Of a stretch of DNA of 64,000 bases, positions 24,899 through 35,530 are shown one piece after another (position 1 is the stretch's first letter; every line of letters begins with the position of its first letter). The DNA is from an uncultured Lentisphaerota bacterium (lineage in GTDB: Bacteria > Verrucomicrobiota > Lentisphaeria > Victivallales > GWF2-50-93), in assembly GCA_903872565.1 (NCBI GenBank), contig CAIQLG010000012.1, forward strand, positions 18,337 to 82,336. Reading direction: 5' to 3'. The notes under the pieces were generated by a model. It was not told the DNA's origin. It ran no database searches and was given only the letters and a program-made list of their open reading frames with translations. A program made the translations under genes and the position numbers.

Positions 24899-26296
24899 AT
24901 GTTACATTACAATGGAATGCCTGTTCTGGCGAGCGAAGCCGCGGTAAGAAAAGATGCGGATGTGACGGTGGAAATCGGCCCACCGCAGATCGTCGCCGCC
25001 AGGGATGACTCGCCGGGCGAGGGGATTTTTACGGCACCCCATCTGCAGCGGTTCGGCAAAACAGTATATTTGAACTGGTCTTTCGACTGGGATGTTGTCG
25101 ACGGCGATGAGCCTGACAAGCCCAGTGGCCGCGTGAGCGAGGACGGTGGGTTGACCTGGGAAAAGCAGACATTGCTCATGCCGTCGGGCGCGAAATACCA
25201 AACCGGTGAGCGCGAGCTGACCGCCTGGTTCCACAATGCCTTTGAAGTTCCAGGCCAGACTGGGGCCTACAAGATCCCCACCTGGCGTTCGTCCGACCTG
25301 GGCCGGACGTGGAGCGGGCACACGTGGACAACCGTTGAGTATCCTGGGACCAAGGGATTGGATACCTACGATCCTCCCGAAGAATATCGGAAGAAGGACG
25401 GCAACTACCTCCGCGGGGGCGTAAAGTCCACCCCACCTGCTTCTCTCGAGCGATTTTTCCGAGAGGTTTCACGATTGAGAGGGGCCAGCCTTGGCCCCCA
25501 GGCAACCGATGCTGATGGAACCATATATAGTGTGGTGCATGCCCATTATCTCAAGGACACCAGCGGCATCCGGGACTGGGACCGCGAATACTGGCAACGT
25601 CTGAACTGGTACCGCACCGCCGTGCTCATGCAGGTGTCGCGCGACAATGGCCGTACCTGGACCTTCGGCGGCGTGCCGGTGGACGGGTCGGACTACGAGC
25701 CGCGCCTGGGCATAAAACCCGGCGGATCCCAGTACAACGAAGATTCGTTCGTGATCAATACTGACAATCAAATCGGAGCTGGTTATAAGGGGCGGGTGGA
25801 CTTCCAGCCAGGCGATGGCTTCACCGAACCATCGCTGGTGATTTTCCCAGACGGAGAAATGATCTGCGCCCTGCGCACGGGCAGCAGCAAGCCGCTGTAC
25901 TGTGTCCGCAGCTACGACCGTGGCCGCACCTGGACACGGGCCGAATTCTTGACGCCAAGGTATATTAGCCCTGTCTGCGGGGTGCTTCCCAAATTGGTAT
26001 TGCTCAAGAATGGCATCCTGGCGCTATGCACCGGCAGACCCGACTGTACTGTCCATTTATCGAAAGACCGTGGCCGCACCTGGTTCCTGAGCGAAACGCT
26101 GTTCGCCACCCCCTCACTTAGCTGGGACGGGATTTATTCGTCAAGTCACTGCAACAACTCCATGATCGCGGTGGACGACAACACGCTGCTCTATGTGCAT
26201 GATGCCTTACGGCCTGACCCTTCCGCGCCCAACGCCTGGCTGCGGAATGCCGGACATGGACTAATCATTGCTAGGAGGATACAGGTAAATGTCTGA
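24899..26296 (+). CDS. BNR-repeat (sialidase/exo-alpha-sialidase-like) beta-propeller protein, apparently cytoplasmic
   Basis: Five Asp-box motifs: SEDGGLTW, SSDLGRTW, SRDNGRTW, SYDRGRTW, SKDRGRTW. No N-terminal signal sequence. Confidence 0.8.
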   Translation: MLHYNGMPVLASEAAVRKDADVTVEIGPPQIVAARDDSPGEGIFTAPHLQRFGKTVYLNWSFDWDVVDGDEPDKPSGRVSEDGGLTWEKQTLLMPSGAKYQTGERELTAWFHNAFEVPGQTGAYKIPTWRSSDLGRTWSGHTWTTVEYPGTKGLDTYDPPEEYRKKDGNYLRGGVKSTPPASLERFFREVSRLRGASLGPQATDADGTIYSVVHAHYLKDTSGIRDWDREYWQRLNWYRTAVLMQVSRDNGRTWTFGGVPVDGSDYEPRLGIKPGGSQYNEDSFVINTDNQIGAGYKGRVDFQPGDGFTEPSLVIFPDGEMICALRTGSSKPLYCVRSYDRGRTWTRAEFLTPRYISPVCGVLPKLVLLKNGILALCTGRPDCTVHLSKDRGRTWFLSETLFATPSLSWDGIYSSSHCNNSMIAVDDNTLLYVHDALRPDPSAPNAWLRNAGHGLIIARRIQVNV

Positions 26297-26436
26297 GACC
26301 CCTAACGGGGATACATGGAGTCGTCAAATAGAATTCAAGAACCAGAATGGCATCCACTATGCCGAACCAGAAGGAGTAATGATTGAATCGTAAAGGAAAT
26401 TGTATTTTTCGAAGGAATGCCGTATGGCTTGAAACT

Positions 26437-26510
26437 TGTAGCCACGGCCATGTTGGCCGTGTCGCCTCCAACATGGAGGCGGCTACATTAGTTTCCGCCA
26501 CGGCGGATTA
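26437..26510. repeat. Nested three-way palindrome (GTAGCC ... GGCTAC enclosing two hairpins) plus TCCGCC-ac-GGCGGA hairpin
   Basis: TGTAGCC-ACGGCCAtgtTGGCCGT-gt-CGCCTCCAacaTGGAGGCG-GCTACA (26437..26487). GTTTCCGCCACGGCGGATTAA (26491..26510) recurs as GTTTCCGCCGCGGCGGATTAA near 19305..19325. Confidence 0.7.
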
Positions 26511-26540
26511 AATACAAACATTTATAGAAAGGGTAATTCA

Positions 26541-28853
26541 ATGCGTTTAGTTGAAGAACATTACGATGTGGTAGTGGTTGGTGGTGGAGTGGCGGGTGTA
26601 TGCGCGGCCATCGCGGCGGCACGACATGGATGTAAGACTTGTCTCGTTCAGGACCGCCCAGTCCTTGGCGGAAACAGCTCTCGCGAGATACGGGTGTATG
26701 TCGGCGGTGCCGACATGAATTTCCTCTGGGCCAGGGAATCGGGCATCATTGAAGAACTGCGGATGGAAGAGAGGTTCAGGAACAGGCATACACCATGCAA
26801 CCGGAATGGGTGGCTGGATTTCATGTGGGACACCATGCTGTACGAAGCCGTCAAGGAGGAAAAGCTCATTGACCTTTTTCTTAACACGAGCGCTCGAAAA
26901 GCAAGAACGGACGAGTCGGGAAAGATCACTGCCGTGGAAGCCTTTCAATTGGGGACGGAGAAAAACTTTGTCTTCAAAGGAGATTATTTCATAGATGCAA
27001 GTGGGGATGGAGCAATCGCTTATGACGCGGGCGCCGAATTCATGTACGGACGGGAAGGCAAAAGCGCCTACGGGGAAAGCCTGGCACCTGAAAAAGCTGA
27101 TGCCGCCACCATGGGAAGTTCGATACTCTTCAAGGCGGTGGACACGGGACATCCGGTGACTTTTGTCCCCCCCCCCTGGGCACATAAGTTCCCGACTGAC
27201 GCGGATATCCCCAAGGATCGGAAGCACAAGGATTTGAAGGGAGGCTATGCGTGGCTGGAGTCTGGAGGCTTGGATACCAACACTATTTCAGACAATGAAG
27301 CCATCCGTGATGAATTGTTGAAAATAGTTTTCGGGATATGGGACCACATCAAGAATCAGAGCGATCACGGCGCGGCGAACTGGGCGCTGGACTGGATTGG
27401 CGCAGTGCCTGGGAAGCGCGAATCACGGAGATTTTACGGAGACTATGTTCTCTCGCAAAATGATACCGGATGTGCATCAAGGTTCAGTGATGCCGTCGCC
27501 TATGCAGGCTGGGCTATGGACATACATACGCCGGGGGGATTCCATTCTAAGAAGGATGAGCCCATGGCGGCCATCCATGATTATCCGTTACCATTGCCGA
27601 TTCCATGGCGGAGCCTGTATTCGAAAAACGTGCCCAACCTGCTTCTGGGTGGCCGCAACATCAGCGCATCACACATTGCATTCTCCGCCACCCGTGTCAT
27701 GGGCACCTGCGCAATTATGGGGCAGGCGGTTGGCGCAGGAGCGGCCTTATGCCGGAAGAAAGGCGTTTCCCCCAGGGAACTTGGGCAGACTCACATAAAA
27801 GAACTACAGCAACAACTGCTTAAGGATGACTGCCACATTCCAGGAGTGAGGAACGAGGACGTGGAGGATATTGCCAGGCGCGCCACAGTCAGGGCATCCA
27901 GCGAGCAGGTGCTGTACTTCCCGCCGCCCAATCATGATTTCGAGTTGAAGTGTCCACATGCGGTTTTCCTGCCTGTGTCAGCCGACAGGATTGATACTGT
28001 CCGGCTGCCTCTCCGTTCAACTCTTGACAAAGGCGTTGAAATCACCGCCAGAATCATCTGTGCATGTGAAAACGACCATCTGCGGAACGAGTCAACTTCA
28101 TCTTTGATAAAACACGTCCAGTGCGACACCGAGTCCGCATGGAAAGGCTGTTTCGCCAGCAGTGCGCCGATAGCAGAAATCCGCAGCATAGTTTCTGCTG
28201 GATTTGACGGGGAGCTGTGCCTTGAATTCAATATCGGAGCGGTTCCAGGAAACTCCTACTGGCTTCTGCTGGACGAGGTGCCAGGGGTGTACTGGAAAGG
28301 CGTTGAGGAGCATCCCCACCATGATCAATTCCATCAGAGTATCGTCTCCAAGCCTGTGGGAGGCAAGGCCGCATTCAAATCCCCGGAAGCGGGCTGGGTG
28401 CTTTATCGCCGCTGTTGCCTGAATTACAGTCTCACGCCTCAGAGCTATCCGTATTCTCCTGGCAATGTGAATAATGGTTTCAGCCGTCCAGGACTATGGC
28501 CCAACCTATGGATATCCGACTCTTCACAGGCAATGCCACAGTGGATTGAACTGCTCCTGCCGGAGATGGCAACCGTCACTTGTGTCCACCTGGCATTTGA
28601 CACCAATCTTGACATCCTGGTGGAACTTGATCCAGTGCCAATGGAATGCGTCTCTGATTACGAAATCATGGCGCGCTCCGGCGGGAAATGGGTCACGCTC
28701 GTGAGGGAGACCGGCAATCATCTGCGGAAAAGAATCCATTCATTTCCGCCTATTGAAACGGATCGTTTGAAATTGCTTGTACATAAGACCAACGGTGATA
28801 GCTCGGCAAGAGTCTATGAGATCAGGATGTACAGACGAAAACATATGAATTGA
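26541..28853 (+). CDS. FAD-dependent oxidoreductase (PF12831-like) with C-terminal discoidin/F5-8 type C-like domain
   Basis: YDVVVVGGGVAGVCAAIAAARHGCKTCLVQD at the N-terminus. C-terminal ~150 aa (WIELLLPE...YEIMARSGGKWVTL...RVYEIRMY) resembles carbohydrate-binding discoidin domains. Contains a C10 tract. Confidence 0.8.
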   Translation: MRLVEEHYDVVVVGGGVAGVCAAIAAARHGCKTCLVQDRPVLGGNSSREIRVYVGGADMNFLWARESGIIEELRMEERFRNRHTPCNRNGWLDFMWDTMLYEAVKEEKLIDLFLNTSARKARTDESGKITAVEAFQLGTEKNFVFKGDYFIDASGDGAIAYDAGAEFMYGREGKSAYGESLAPEKADAATMGSSILFKAVDTGHPVTFVPPPWAHKFPTDADIPKDRKHKDLKGGYAWLESGGLDTNTISDNEAIRDELLKIVFGIWDHIKNQSDHGAANWALDWIGAVPGKRESRRFYGDYVLSQNDTGCASRFSDAVAYAGWAMDIHTPGGFHSKKDEPMAAIHDYPLPLPIPWRSLYSKNVPNLLLGGRNISASHIAFSATRVMGTCAIMGQAVGAGAALCRKKGVSPRELGQTHIKELQQQLLKDDCHIPGVRNEDVEDIARRATVRASSEQVLYFPPPNHDFELKCPHAVFLPVSADRIDTVRLPLRSTLDKGVEITARIICACENDHLRNESTSSLIKHVQCDTESAWKGCFASSAPIAEIRSIVSAGFDGELCLEFNIGAVPGNSYWLLLDEVPGVYWKGVEEHPHHDQFHQSIVSKPVGGKAAFKSPEAGWVLYRRCCLNYSLTPQSYPYSPGNVNNGFSRPGLWPNLWISDSSQAMPQWIELLLPEMATVTCVHLAFDTNLDILVELDPVPMECVSDYEIMARSGGKWVTLVRETGNHLRKRIHSFPPIETDRLKLLVHKTNGDSSARVYEIRMYRRKHMN

Positions 28854-28895
28854 AGATGACGGACGGAAACATTCTATAAAACAAGAGGAGCTTAT

Positions 28896-29675
28896 ATGAA
28901 CGGACAGAGAGTGACAATTGTTGCCGGGGCGGCTCGTGGCATTGGTCTGGGGGTGGCAAAAGCCTTGGCCAAGCGCGGAGACGAAGTAGTGCTGGCCGAT
29001 ATTCTTTTCAAGGATCAGAAATGTCAAGCCGCCGCACAAAAAGCAATAGGCAAAGCGGTTTTGACACTGGAGGTGGATGTTTCAAACACAGTACAGGTGG
29101 AACGACTGATTGCTTGTGTTATTGAACGATTTGGCCGGGTTGACTGCCTGGTGAATGCGGTTGGAATCAATCGTCCCGGGTTGATTCAGGACACAAGCGA
29201 TCAGGACTGGAATGCAGTAATGGCTGTAAATCTTACAGGGGCATTTTTGCTGTCGCGGGCCGCATCCAGGCCAATGCTCAAGCAGCACAGTGGCAGGATT
29301 GTCCATGTCGGATCCACAGCTTCGCACAGTTCGGCTGCCGGGTTGGCCGCCTATTCGGCATCCAAGCATGGACTGATCGGACTTGTGCGCGGCATGGCAT
29401 GCGATCTGACACCATATGGGATCACGGTAAATGCCGTATGCCCTGGGAACAATGATACCGAGATGCTCTCCGATGTCATTTCCGCACGCGCAAAACTACA
29501 GGGGCGCAGCCCCGGGGATGTGCGAGAGGATATGATTCGCAAAACTCCGGCAGGCCGGATTGGAACTCCCCAGGACGTTGCCGCCGCAGTATTGTTTCTG
29601 ACTTCCGATGATGCTGGATACATTACCGGACAGATGCTTACGGTGGATGGGGGACGGAGTCTGAACTTGGTTTGA
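28896..29675 (+). CDS. Short-chain dehydrogenase/reductase (SDR)
   Basis: GAARGIGLG cofactor motif, NAVGI, catalytic YSASKHG. 259 aa. Confidence 0.9.
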   Translation: MNGQRVTIVAGAARGIGLGVAKALAKRGDEVVLADILFKDQKCQAAAQKAIGKAVLTLEVDVSNTVQVERLIACVIERFGRVDCLVNAVGINRPGLIQDTSDQDWNAVMAVNLTGAFLLSRAASRPMLKQHSGRIVHVGSTASHSSAAGLAAYSASKHGLIGLVRGMACDLTPYGITVNAVCPGNNDTEMLSDVISARAKLQGRSPGDVREDMIRKTPAGRIGTPQDVAAAVLFLTSDDAGYITGQMLTVDGGRSLNLV

Positions 29676-29862
29676 AGGGACACTGCGGCCGGACATCCTG
29701 CCGGGACAATAGAGTCGGCAGCAGTAAAGACAAAGTTGAATGTCAACCAGGAATTTGAAACCAGTAAAGTGCCGGAGATGTTCAGAGAAGATGGTACAGT
29801 CATTGGGACTTATTGTTGTGATTGGTCAAACATAAAAAACAGGATAAGGAGGGGGAAATAAA

Positions 29863-30885
29863 ATGATGAAAGCTTTCACTATATCGGAACCATTTAAAAC
29901 CCGGATAGGGAATCAAGAGATGCCTGTGGCGAAAAAAGGAGAATCTCTCCTTAAGACCTTGTATGCTGGCATATGCGGTTCGGATGTCGCGGCATTCAAG
30001 GGGGAACAGCCATTTGTCACTTATCCGAGAATCCCTGGACACGAAGGCGTATATGAAGTCGTTGAAACTGATGATGAAGCAAAGGAGTTGAAGGCGGGAG
30101 ATATTGTCACAGTCGAGCCCTATTTCAATTGCGGCAAATGCTATCCGTGTCTGCATGGAAGAAGGAATTGCTGCATCGAAAATCAGACTATGGGGGTACA
30201 TCGCAACGGTGTAATGGCCGAGTATTTCTCCGTGCCCAATGAAAAAATATATAAGATTGGGGACAATACTGATGTCGATCCGTCAATGTCTTTGACCGAG
30301 CCTCTAGGCGTGGCTATGCACGCCGTTGCCCAGGCATGCATAACTCCGCTTGACAATGTTTTCATTGTAGGGGCCGGGCCGATTGGCTTGTGTATTGCCG
30401 TCCTGTGCAGATACTACGGTGCCGAGGCAATTATTACGGATATTGATCCTTTTCGATTGGGTATGGCTGCCAAGCTGGGCTTTGAACATGCGTTTATTGC
30501 TGGCAGTGAAGACGGAAAACAGCTTGTCCAGAAGATGACAGGCAAGTCGGGCTGTGACGCCGTCTTTGAAGCGACAGGCACACCGGAAGGGTTCATGTCA
30601 GCCATAGAGATGGCCGCCTCTTCGGGCAGGATTGTACTGGTGGGGAATGGCAAACGCGAAGTGAAATTCTGCCACAGTGTGCTGCTGAAAAAAGAACTGA
30701 GGCTTTTGGGAAGCCGGAACAGTCAAGGTTGTTTCCCTAAAATAATTGATTTGCTGAAAACACGTAAAATAGATGTCAAAGCCATTATAACCCATATCAT
30801 TGATTTTAAAGATGTGGAGAGAGCTTTCAAAATGATATCTGACATACAGGAACCTGTCGGCAAGGTGCTGATAAGATTCTCTTAA
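29863..30885 (+). CDS. Zinc-dependent medium-chain alcohol/polyol dehydrogenase
   Basis: GICGSDVAAFKG, GHEGVYEV, structural-zinc Cys cluster CGKCYPCLHGRRNCC, GAGPIGL Rossmann motif. Confidence 0.9.
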   Translation: MMKAFTISEPFKTRIGNQEMPVAKKGESLLKTLYAGICGSDVAAFKGEQPFVTYPRIPGHEGVYEVVETDDEAKELKAGDIVTVEPYFNCGKCYPCLHGRRNCCIENQTMGVHRNGVMAEYFSVPNEKIYKIGDNTDVDPSMSLTEPLGVAMHAVAQACITPLDNVFIVGAGPIGLCIAVLCRYYGAEAIITDIDPFRLGMAAKLGFEHAFIAGSEDGKQLVQKMTGKSGCDAVFEATGTPEGFMSAIEMAASSGRIVLVGNGKREVKFCHSVLLKKELRLLGSRNSQGCFPKIIDLLKTRKIDVKAIITHIIDFKDVERAFKMISDIQEPVGKVLIRFS

Positions 30886-30908
30886 ACAATTCAATAAAGA
30901 GGTAAAAA

Positions 30909-31976
30909 ATGCGTGATGTTAGAAAAACAGATTTCAACAGGATGCTTAAGACGTTGAGATGCGAAGAGCCGGATTTTGTGCCAATAGCTGAATTGAGCAT
31001 TGACGCCGCAGTGAAAGAAAAGTTTTTAGGAAGGCCAATAAAAACGATAAAAGATGATGTGGAATTTTGGTGCAAGGCCGGATACGATTATGTATATTTG
31101 CGTCCAAACTACGAATATCCCGGGCTGCCGGCCAGCGTTGCGGTGGGAACAACAATCAATAGGGAAAATGTGGCCAGCGCTGAAGAAGCCGCATCCGAAA
31201 TGGATTCATGGCAAAAGATTAGCACAGAGAAAGACATTGAAAACTTTCCTTGGCCCGATCCCGAAACCATAGACTATTCCAATCTTGTGGAAGCCGCCGG
31301 ATGTCTGCCCGAAGGCATGCAGATAATATCTGGAGTAGGGGGAATATTCACACGCACATGGATGTTGCTCGGATTTACTGAATTCTGCATGAAGCTGTCA
31401 GAGCATCCGGAGATTATCAAGAAAATGTTTGACCGCATTGGCGGCATTCAGTGCCAGGTATTGAGGAAGGTGGTGAAAATGAAGAAAGTCGGCGCTTTCT
31501 GGTATGGAGATGATCTTGCCTATACGGAAGGACTTATGGTTTCACCGGACATATATAGAAAATATCTGCTACCATGGCTTGAGGAGCTGTTCAGCATAGC
31601 CCATAAGGCCAAGCTGCCGGTCATTATGCATACGGATGGTGATGTCCAGCCACTGATTGACGATCTTGTCAAAATAGGACTGAACGCACTTCATCCCATA
31701 GAGCCGAAAGCGATGGACATCAACCTGCTGAAAAAGAAATATCAGAACAGATTATGCCTGATTGGCAATATAGACATGGCTGGTTCTCTGGGGCGTGGTA
31801 CTCCAGATGAAGTGAGGCAGGAAGTCAAGGAAAGGATTAGGAATGTCGCGCCCGGCGGCGGGTATGCTGTCGGTTCAAGTAATTCAGTCGCTTCTTACAT
31901 ACCGATTGAAAATTATAGGGCGATGATAGAGGCGACTTTTGAATATGGGCAATACCCTAAACATAAAGGAATATGA
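30909..31976 (+). CDS. Uroporphyrinogen decarboxylase (URO-D) family protein, paralog U1
   Basis: TIM-barrel URO-D-like layout. Closest in-window paralog is U5 (LHPIEPKAMDI..., GGGYAVGSSNSV). AGAGG SD. Confidence 0.8.
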   Translation: MRDVRKTDFNRMLKTLRCEEPDFVPIAELSIDAAVKEKFLGRPIKTIKDDVEFWCKAGYDYVYLRPNYEYPGLPASVAVGTTINRENVASAEEAASEMDSWQKISTEKDIENFPWPDPETIDYSNLVEAAGCLPEGMQIISGVGGIFTRTWMLLGFTEFCMKLSEHPEIIKKMFDRIGGIQCQVLRKVVKMKKVGAFWYGDDLAYTEGLMVSPDIYRKYLLPWLEELFSIAHKAKLPVIMHTDGDVQPLIDDLVKIGLNALHPIEPKAMDINLLKKKYQNRLCLIGNIDMAGSLGRGTPDEVRQEVKERIRNVAPGGGYAVGSSNSVASYIPIENYRAMIEATFEYGQYPKHKGI

Positions 31977-31979
31977 AAA

Positions 31980-33089
31980 ATGGATGCAATGACTCCGAGA
32001 GAACGTTTCGTAGCGTCTATGACTTTTAAACCAGTTGATCGCTGTTTTCTGAAGCCTTCCAATTTTTCGCCGTTGACGATAAAGAGATGGGAAAAAGAGG
32101 GACTTCCGAGCGGACTCGATCCTAACATCTATTTTGGAATGGATCCGCGGGAGTTCATACGGGTAAACATGGAGTGCTGTCCTGGCTTGCCGGAAAAAAT
32201 AATCGAGACGGATGATGAATATGTCACCAAGACCAACTCGGAAGGCATCACTCTGAAACAGCTCAAGTCTGACACGCTTTCGGCAATGCCTCATTTCGTT
32301 GACTGGCCGATCAAATGCCGTGATGATTTTAAACGAATCAAGGACCAGTATCAAGCAAGTGTAAAGGAACGGTATCCCAAGGATTACGAGGAGAAAGTGG
32401 ATTTCTGGAATAACCGCTGCACTGCTCCTGTTGTTTATGAATTCCGGGGAATGTTTTTCCACCGCTTGCGGATGTGGATGGGGCTGGAGGGGCTTAGCAT
32501 GGCAATGTATGATGATCCCGGATGGATACACGAAATGGTCGATTTTCTTGAAGATTTCCTGGTGAAAGTTTCAGCAAAGGTTTTATCGGAAGTTAAACTT
32601 AGCTATGTCTATGCATGTGATGACATAGCATATAAGAACGCTTCCCTTATCTCACCAAAACAGTTTTACGAGTTTTTCTTTGAACCTACGAGGAGAATGG
32701 TACGGAAGGTTCATGATGCAGGAGTGCCTGTCATCGTCATGGATTCAGATGGTAACCTTGATGAATTTGCGCAGATTTATCTTGATGCAGGTTTCAATAC
32801 CATCTGTCCAATAGAGGTTGCTGCAGGGAATGATTTGATAGCAATGCGTAAGCGCTTTGGCAAGAAATTGGCATTGCAGGGCGGATTTGACAAGAGAATT
32901 CTTACGATGGGTAAAGATGCCATCACCAAGGAAGTGATGCGTCTTTATCCAAGGATGATGTCAGAGGGGGGATTTACTCCTGAAATAGACCACGCGGTCC
33001 CTGAAAACGTCTCTTTTGAAAATTATAGGCACTATCAGGAAATTACCAGAAAAATAGCCGAGAATCCAGTGCATCATACAATAAAATAA
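31980..33089 (+). CDS. URO-D family protein, paralog U2
   Basis: MDAMTPRERFVASMTFKPVDRC... Highly similar throughout to U3. Starts 3 nt after the U1 stop. Confidence 0.8.
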   Translation: MDAMTPRERFVASMTFKPVDRCFLKPSNFSPLTIKRWEKEGLPSGLDPNIYFGMDPREFIRVNMECCPGLPEKIIETDDEYVTKTNSEGITLKQLKSDTLSAMPHFVDWPIKCRDDFKRIKDQYQASVKERYPKDYEEKVDFWNNRCTAPVVYEFRGMFFHRLRMWMGLEGLSMAMYDDPGWIHEMVDFLEDFLVKVSAKVLSEVKLSYVYACDDIAYKNASLISPKQFYEFFFEPTRRMVRKVHDAGVPVIVMDSDGNLDEFAQIYLDAGFNTICPIEVAAGNDLIAMRKRFGKKLALQGGFDKRILTMGKDAITKEVMRLYPRMMSEGGFTPEIDHAVPENVSFENYRHYQEITRKIAENPVHHTIK

Positions 33090-33163
33090 GAAAGGAATTT
33101 ATCGAATGAACAGCAGCAAACTCCTGAGCCCATTGAAACGTGCGCTCCTAAGGAATAAATAAA

Positions 33164-34270
33164 ATGAAAGCAATGACTCCGAGAGAACGTTTTGTTGCCA
33201 GCCTGACCTTTCAACCCGTTGACCGCTGTTTTGTGAAATCTGACAGTCCTATGCCTAGGACGCGAAAACGGTGGGAGAAGGAGGGGCTGCCGGAAGGCGT
33301 AGAGCCTAGCGTGCATCTGGGAATGGACGCTAGGGAATACGTGAAAGTTTACATGGAATGCTATCCCGGTTTTGAAGAACGGGTGATCAGCGAGGACTCT
33401 GAGTATGTCGTAAAGACGAACTCGGAAGGCATCGTGCTGAAACAGCCAAAGGAGGACGCTCTTTCGGTTATGCCCCAGTTCTTTGACTGGCCGGTAAAGG
33501 GTCGCAAGGATTTCGAACGCATGAAGGAGCAGTTTCTGCCAAGTATATCCGGGCGCTATTCCGCTGACTACGATCAGAAACTCGATTATTGGAACAATTT
33601 GTGCACCAATCCGGTTGGCTATGAGTTTCGCGGCGGCTTTTTCCATCGGCTGCATATGTGGATGGGGCTAGAGGGATTGTGTTTTGCCATGTTTGAAGAT
33701 CCGGACTGGGTGCATGAAATGGTCGCATTCCTGGAAGACTGGATGTTCAAGGTATCGGAAAAGGTGCTCTCAGAGGTGAAGCTGGATTTCGTATACATGT
33801 GCGACGACATCGCTTATAAAACTGCATCGCTCATTTCACCGGCGCATTTCCGTGAATTCTTTTTCGATGCGGAACGCAGGATAATTGATCGGGTTCGCCG
33901 TGCCGGCATACCGGTAATCATTATGGACACCGATGGCAATATCGATGAGTTTGCCGCAATATATGGAGAAGTGGGATTCAATGTGACAACCCCCATTGAG
34001 GTGGCCGCTGGCAATGATCTTATAAAGCTCAGGAAACGCTTTGGAAGGAATCTTGCACTACAGGGCGGCTTCGACAAGCGGGTGCTTGCCGCCGGACGCA
34101 AGGCAATACATACTGAGGTGATGCGCCTTTACCCGCGACTGATGGCTGAAGGGGGATTCATCCCTGGCATCGATCACCAGGTGCCGGAAGATGTCTCATG
34201 GGATTCATATCGATACTATGTGGAATTGACTCATCAGATTTCAGAAAATCCGGGGAGGTACGTAAAATGA
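33164..34270 (+). CDS. URO-D family protein, paralog U3
   Basis: MKAMTPRERFVASLTFQPVDRC... Tandem duplicate of U2. Confidence 0.8.
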   Translation: MKAMTPRERFVASLTFQPVDRCFVKSDSPMPRTRKRWEKEGLPEGVEPSVHLGMDAREYVKVYMECYPGFEERVISEDSEYVVKTNSEGIVLKQPKEDALSVMPQFFDWPVKGRKDFERMKEQFLPSISGRYSADYDQKLDYWNNLCTNPVGYEFRGGFFHRLHMWMGLEGLCFAMFEDPDWVHEMVAFLEDWMFKVSEKVLSEVKLDFVYMCDDIAYKTASLISPAHFREFFFDAERRIIDRVRRAGIPVIIMDTDGNIDEFAAIYGEVGFNVTTPIEVAAGNDLIKLRKRFGRNLALQGGFDKRVLAAGRKAIHTEVMRLYPRLMAEGGFIPGIDHQVPEDVSWDSYRYYVELTHQISENPGRYVK

Positions 34271-35331
34271 CAAGCATAGAACGGATAGAGAAAGTATTGA
34301 AACGGGAAAAGGCGGACAGGCCGGCATGTTCTCTGAGGTGCACACCGGAAGTATGGGATGATTTAATGCGGCATTTTGGAGTTGCCACAAAAGCGGATGT
34401 CCTGGATAAGTTGGATGTTGATCTTCGTTGGGTGTCTGTTCCGTTCTGCGGGCCAAATGATCGGTCAGCACCAACCATGGGAGGCGCGGGCACCGATCTT
34501 TGGGGCAACGTCATGGAGGCCTCAAAGAACGAGTTCAACACCTATTATGAAATTGTCAGGCACCCGCTGGCCAACTGCAAAACGGTAGACGAAATCATGG
34601 ACTATGCGTGGCCCAGTCTCGACTGGTGGGATTATTCCAAAATCAAAGATGATATAAAAGCCAACAATAAAAGCGGTGACAGGGCGATTTTGTATACCTG
34701 CGGCGGCGGTTTTGAACATGCATGGTATATGCGGGGGATGGAGCAATTCCTTGTTGACCTGTATGAAGATCCTGCAATTGTCACCGCCATTTTATCCAAG
34801 ATAATTGAGTACGCTTATAAAAAAGCCATGAGGGTGTTGGAAGCGGCCGACGGTAAAATAAATATTGTTGCTGCCGGAGGTGATATCGGCGGACAGGATG
34901 GGCTCATGCTTAGCCCTGAGATCTGGCGGGAGCTGATCAAGCCACATAGTGCAGGGCTGATTGTACCGTTCAAGAAAATGGGTTTTGGCACATTTTATCA
35001 TTCCTGTGGATCGGTCACAGAGGTGATCGACGATTTTATCGGGATGGGGCTTGATATGATTGATCCCATTCAGGTTACAGCGCGCAATATGCAGCCGGAA
35101 AACCTTTTCAATAGATTCGGAGACAGGATATCCTTTCACGGCGCTATTGACGAGCAGCACCTTTTACCGCACGCCTCGCCCAGAGAGGTCTACGATGAGA
35201 CGACAAGAATAATCTCGATACTTGGAGGAAACGGGGGCTATGTGGTTTCCCCTTCGCATCAGATACAGGGCGACACAAGCGTGGCGAACATCGTTGCAAT
35301 TTATAAGGCTGTTAAAGATTTTCGTTATTAG
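34267..35331 (+). CDS. URO-D family protein, paralog U4
   Basis: Start trimmed to ATG 34267 (MTSIERIEKVLKREKADRPA), giving an ATGA start/stop overlap with U3. Closest paralog is U6. Confidence 0.8.
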   Translation: MTSIERIEKVLKREKADRPACSLRCTPEVWDDLMRHFGVATKADVLDKLDVDLRWVSVPFCGPNDRSAPTMGGAGTDLWGNVMEASKNEFNTYYEIVRHPLANCKTVDEIMDYAWPSLDWWDYSKIKDDIKANNKSGDRAILYTCGGGFEHAWYMRGMEQFLVDLYEDPAIVTAILSKIIEYAYKKAMRVLEAADGKINIVAAGGDIGGQDGLMLSPEIWRELIKPHSAGLIVPFKKMGFGTFYHSCGSVTEVIDDFIGMGLDMIDPIQVTARNMQPENLFNRFGDRISFHGAIDEQHLLPHASPREVYDETTRIISILGGNGGYVVSPSHQIQGDTSVANIVAIYKAVKDFRY

Positions 35332-35530
35332 CGGGGGAATCTTCAGGCTTGAATCATAGTCATCCCACAGGATGACGGATTGATGGATTTTTGGATTGCC
35401 CGCCTTCGTCCAATTCGGACTACGGCGTGGCATGTTGGATTATTGGTTTTGAGTTAAGAAAAAGCAAAGACGCATGGAATTGGAATTGAAATAAAAAAAG
35501 GCATTTTGAAAAAAAATGAGGAAAATAAAT

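Noticed and set aside
31884-33655. Two similar minus-strand ORFs (31884..32531 and 33074..33655) that might look like a conserved antisense gene pair
   Set aside because: Their similarity simply mirrors the tandem duplication of URO-D paralogs U2 and U3 on the + strand.
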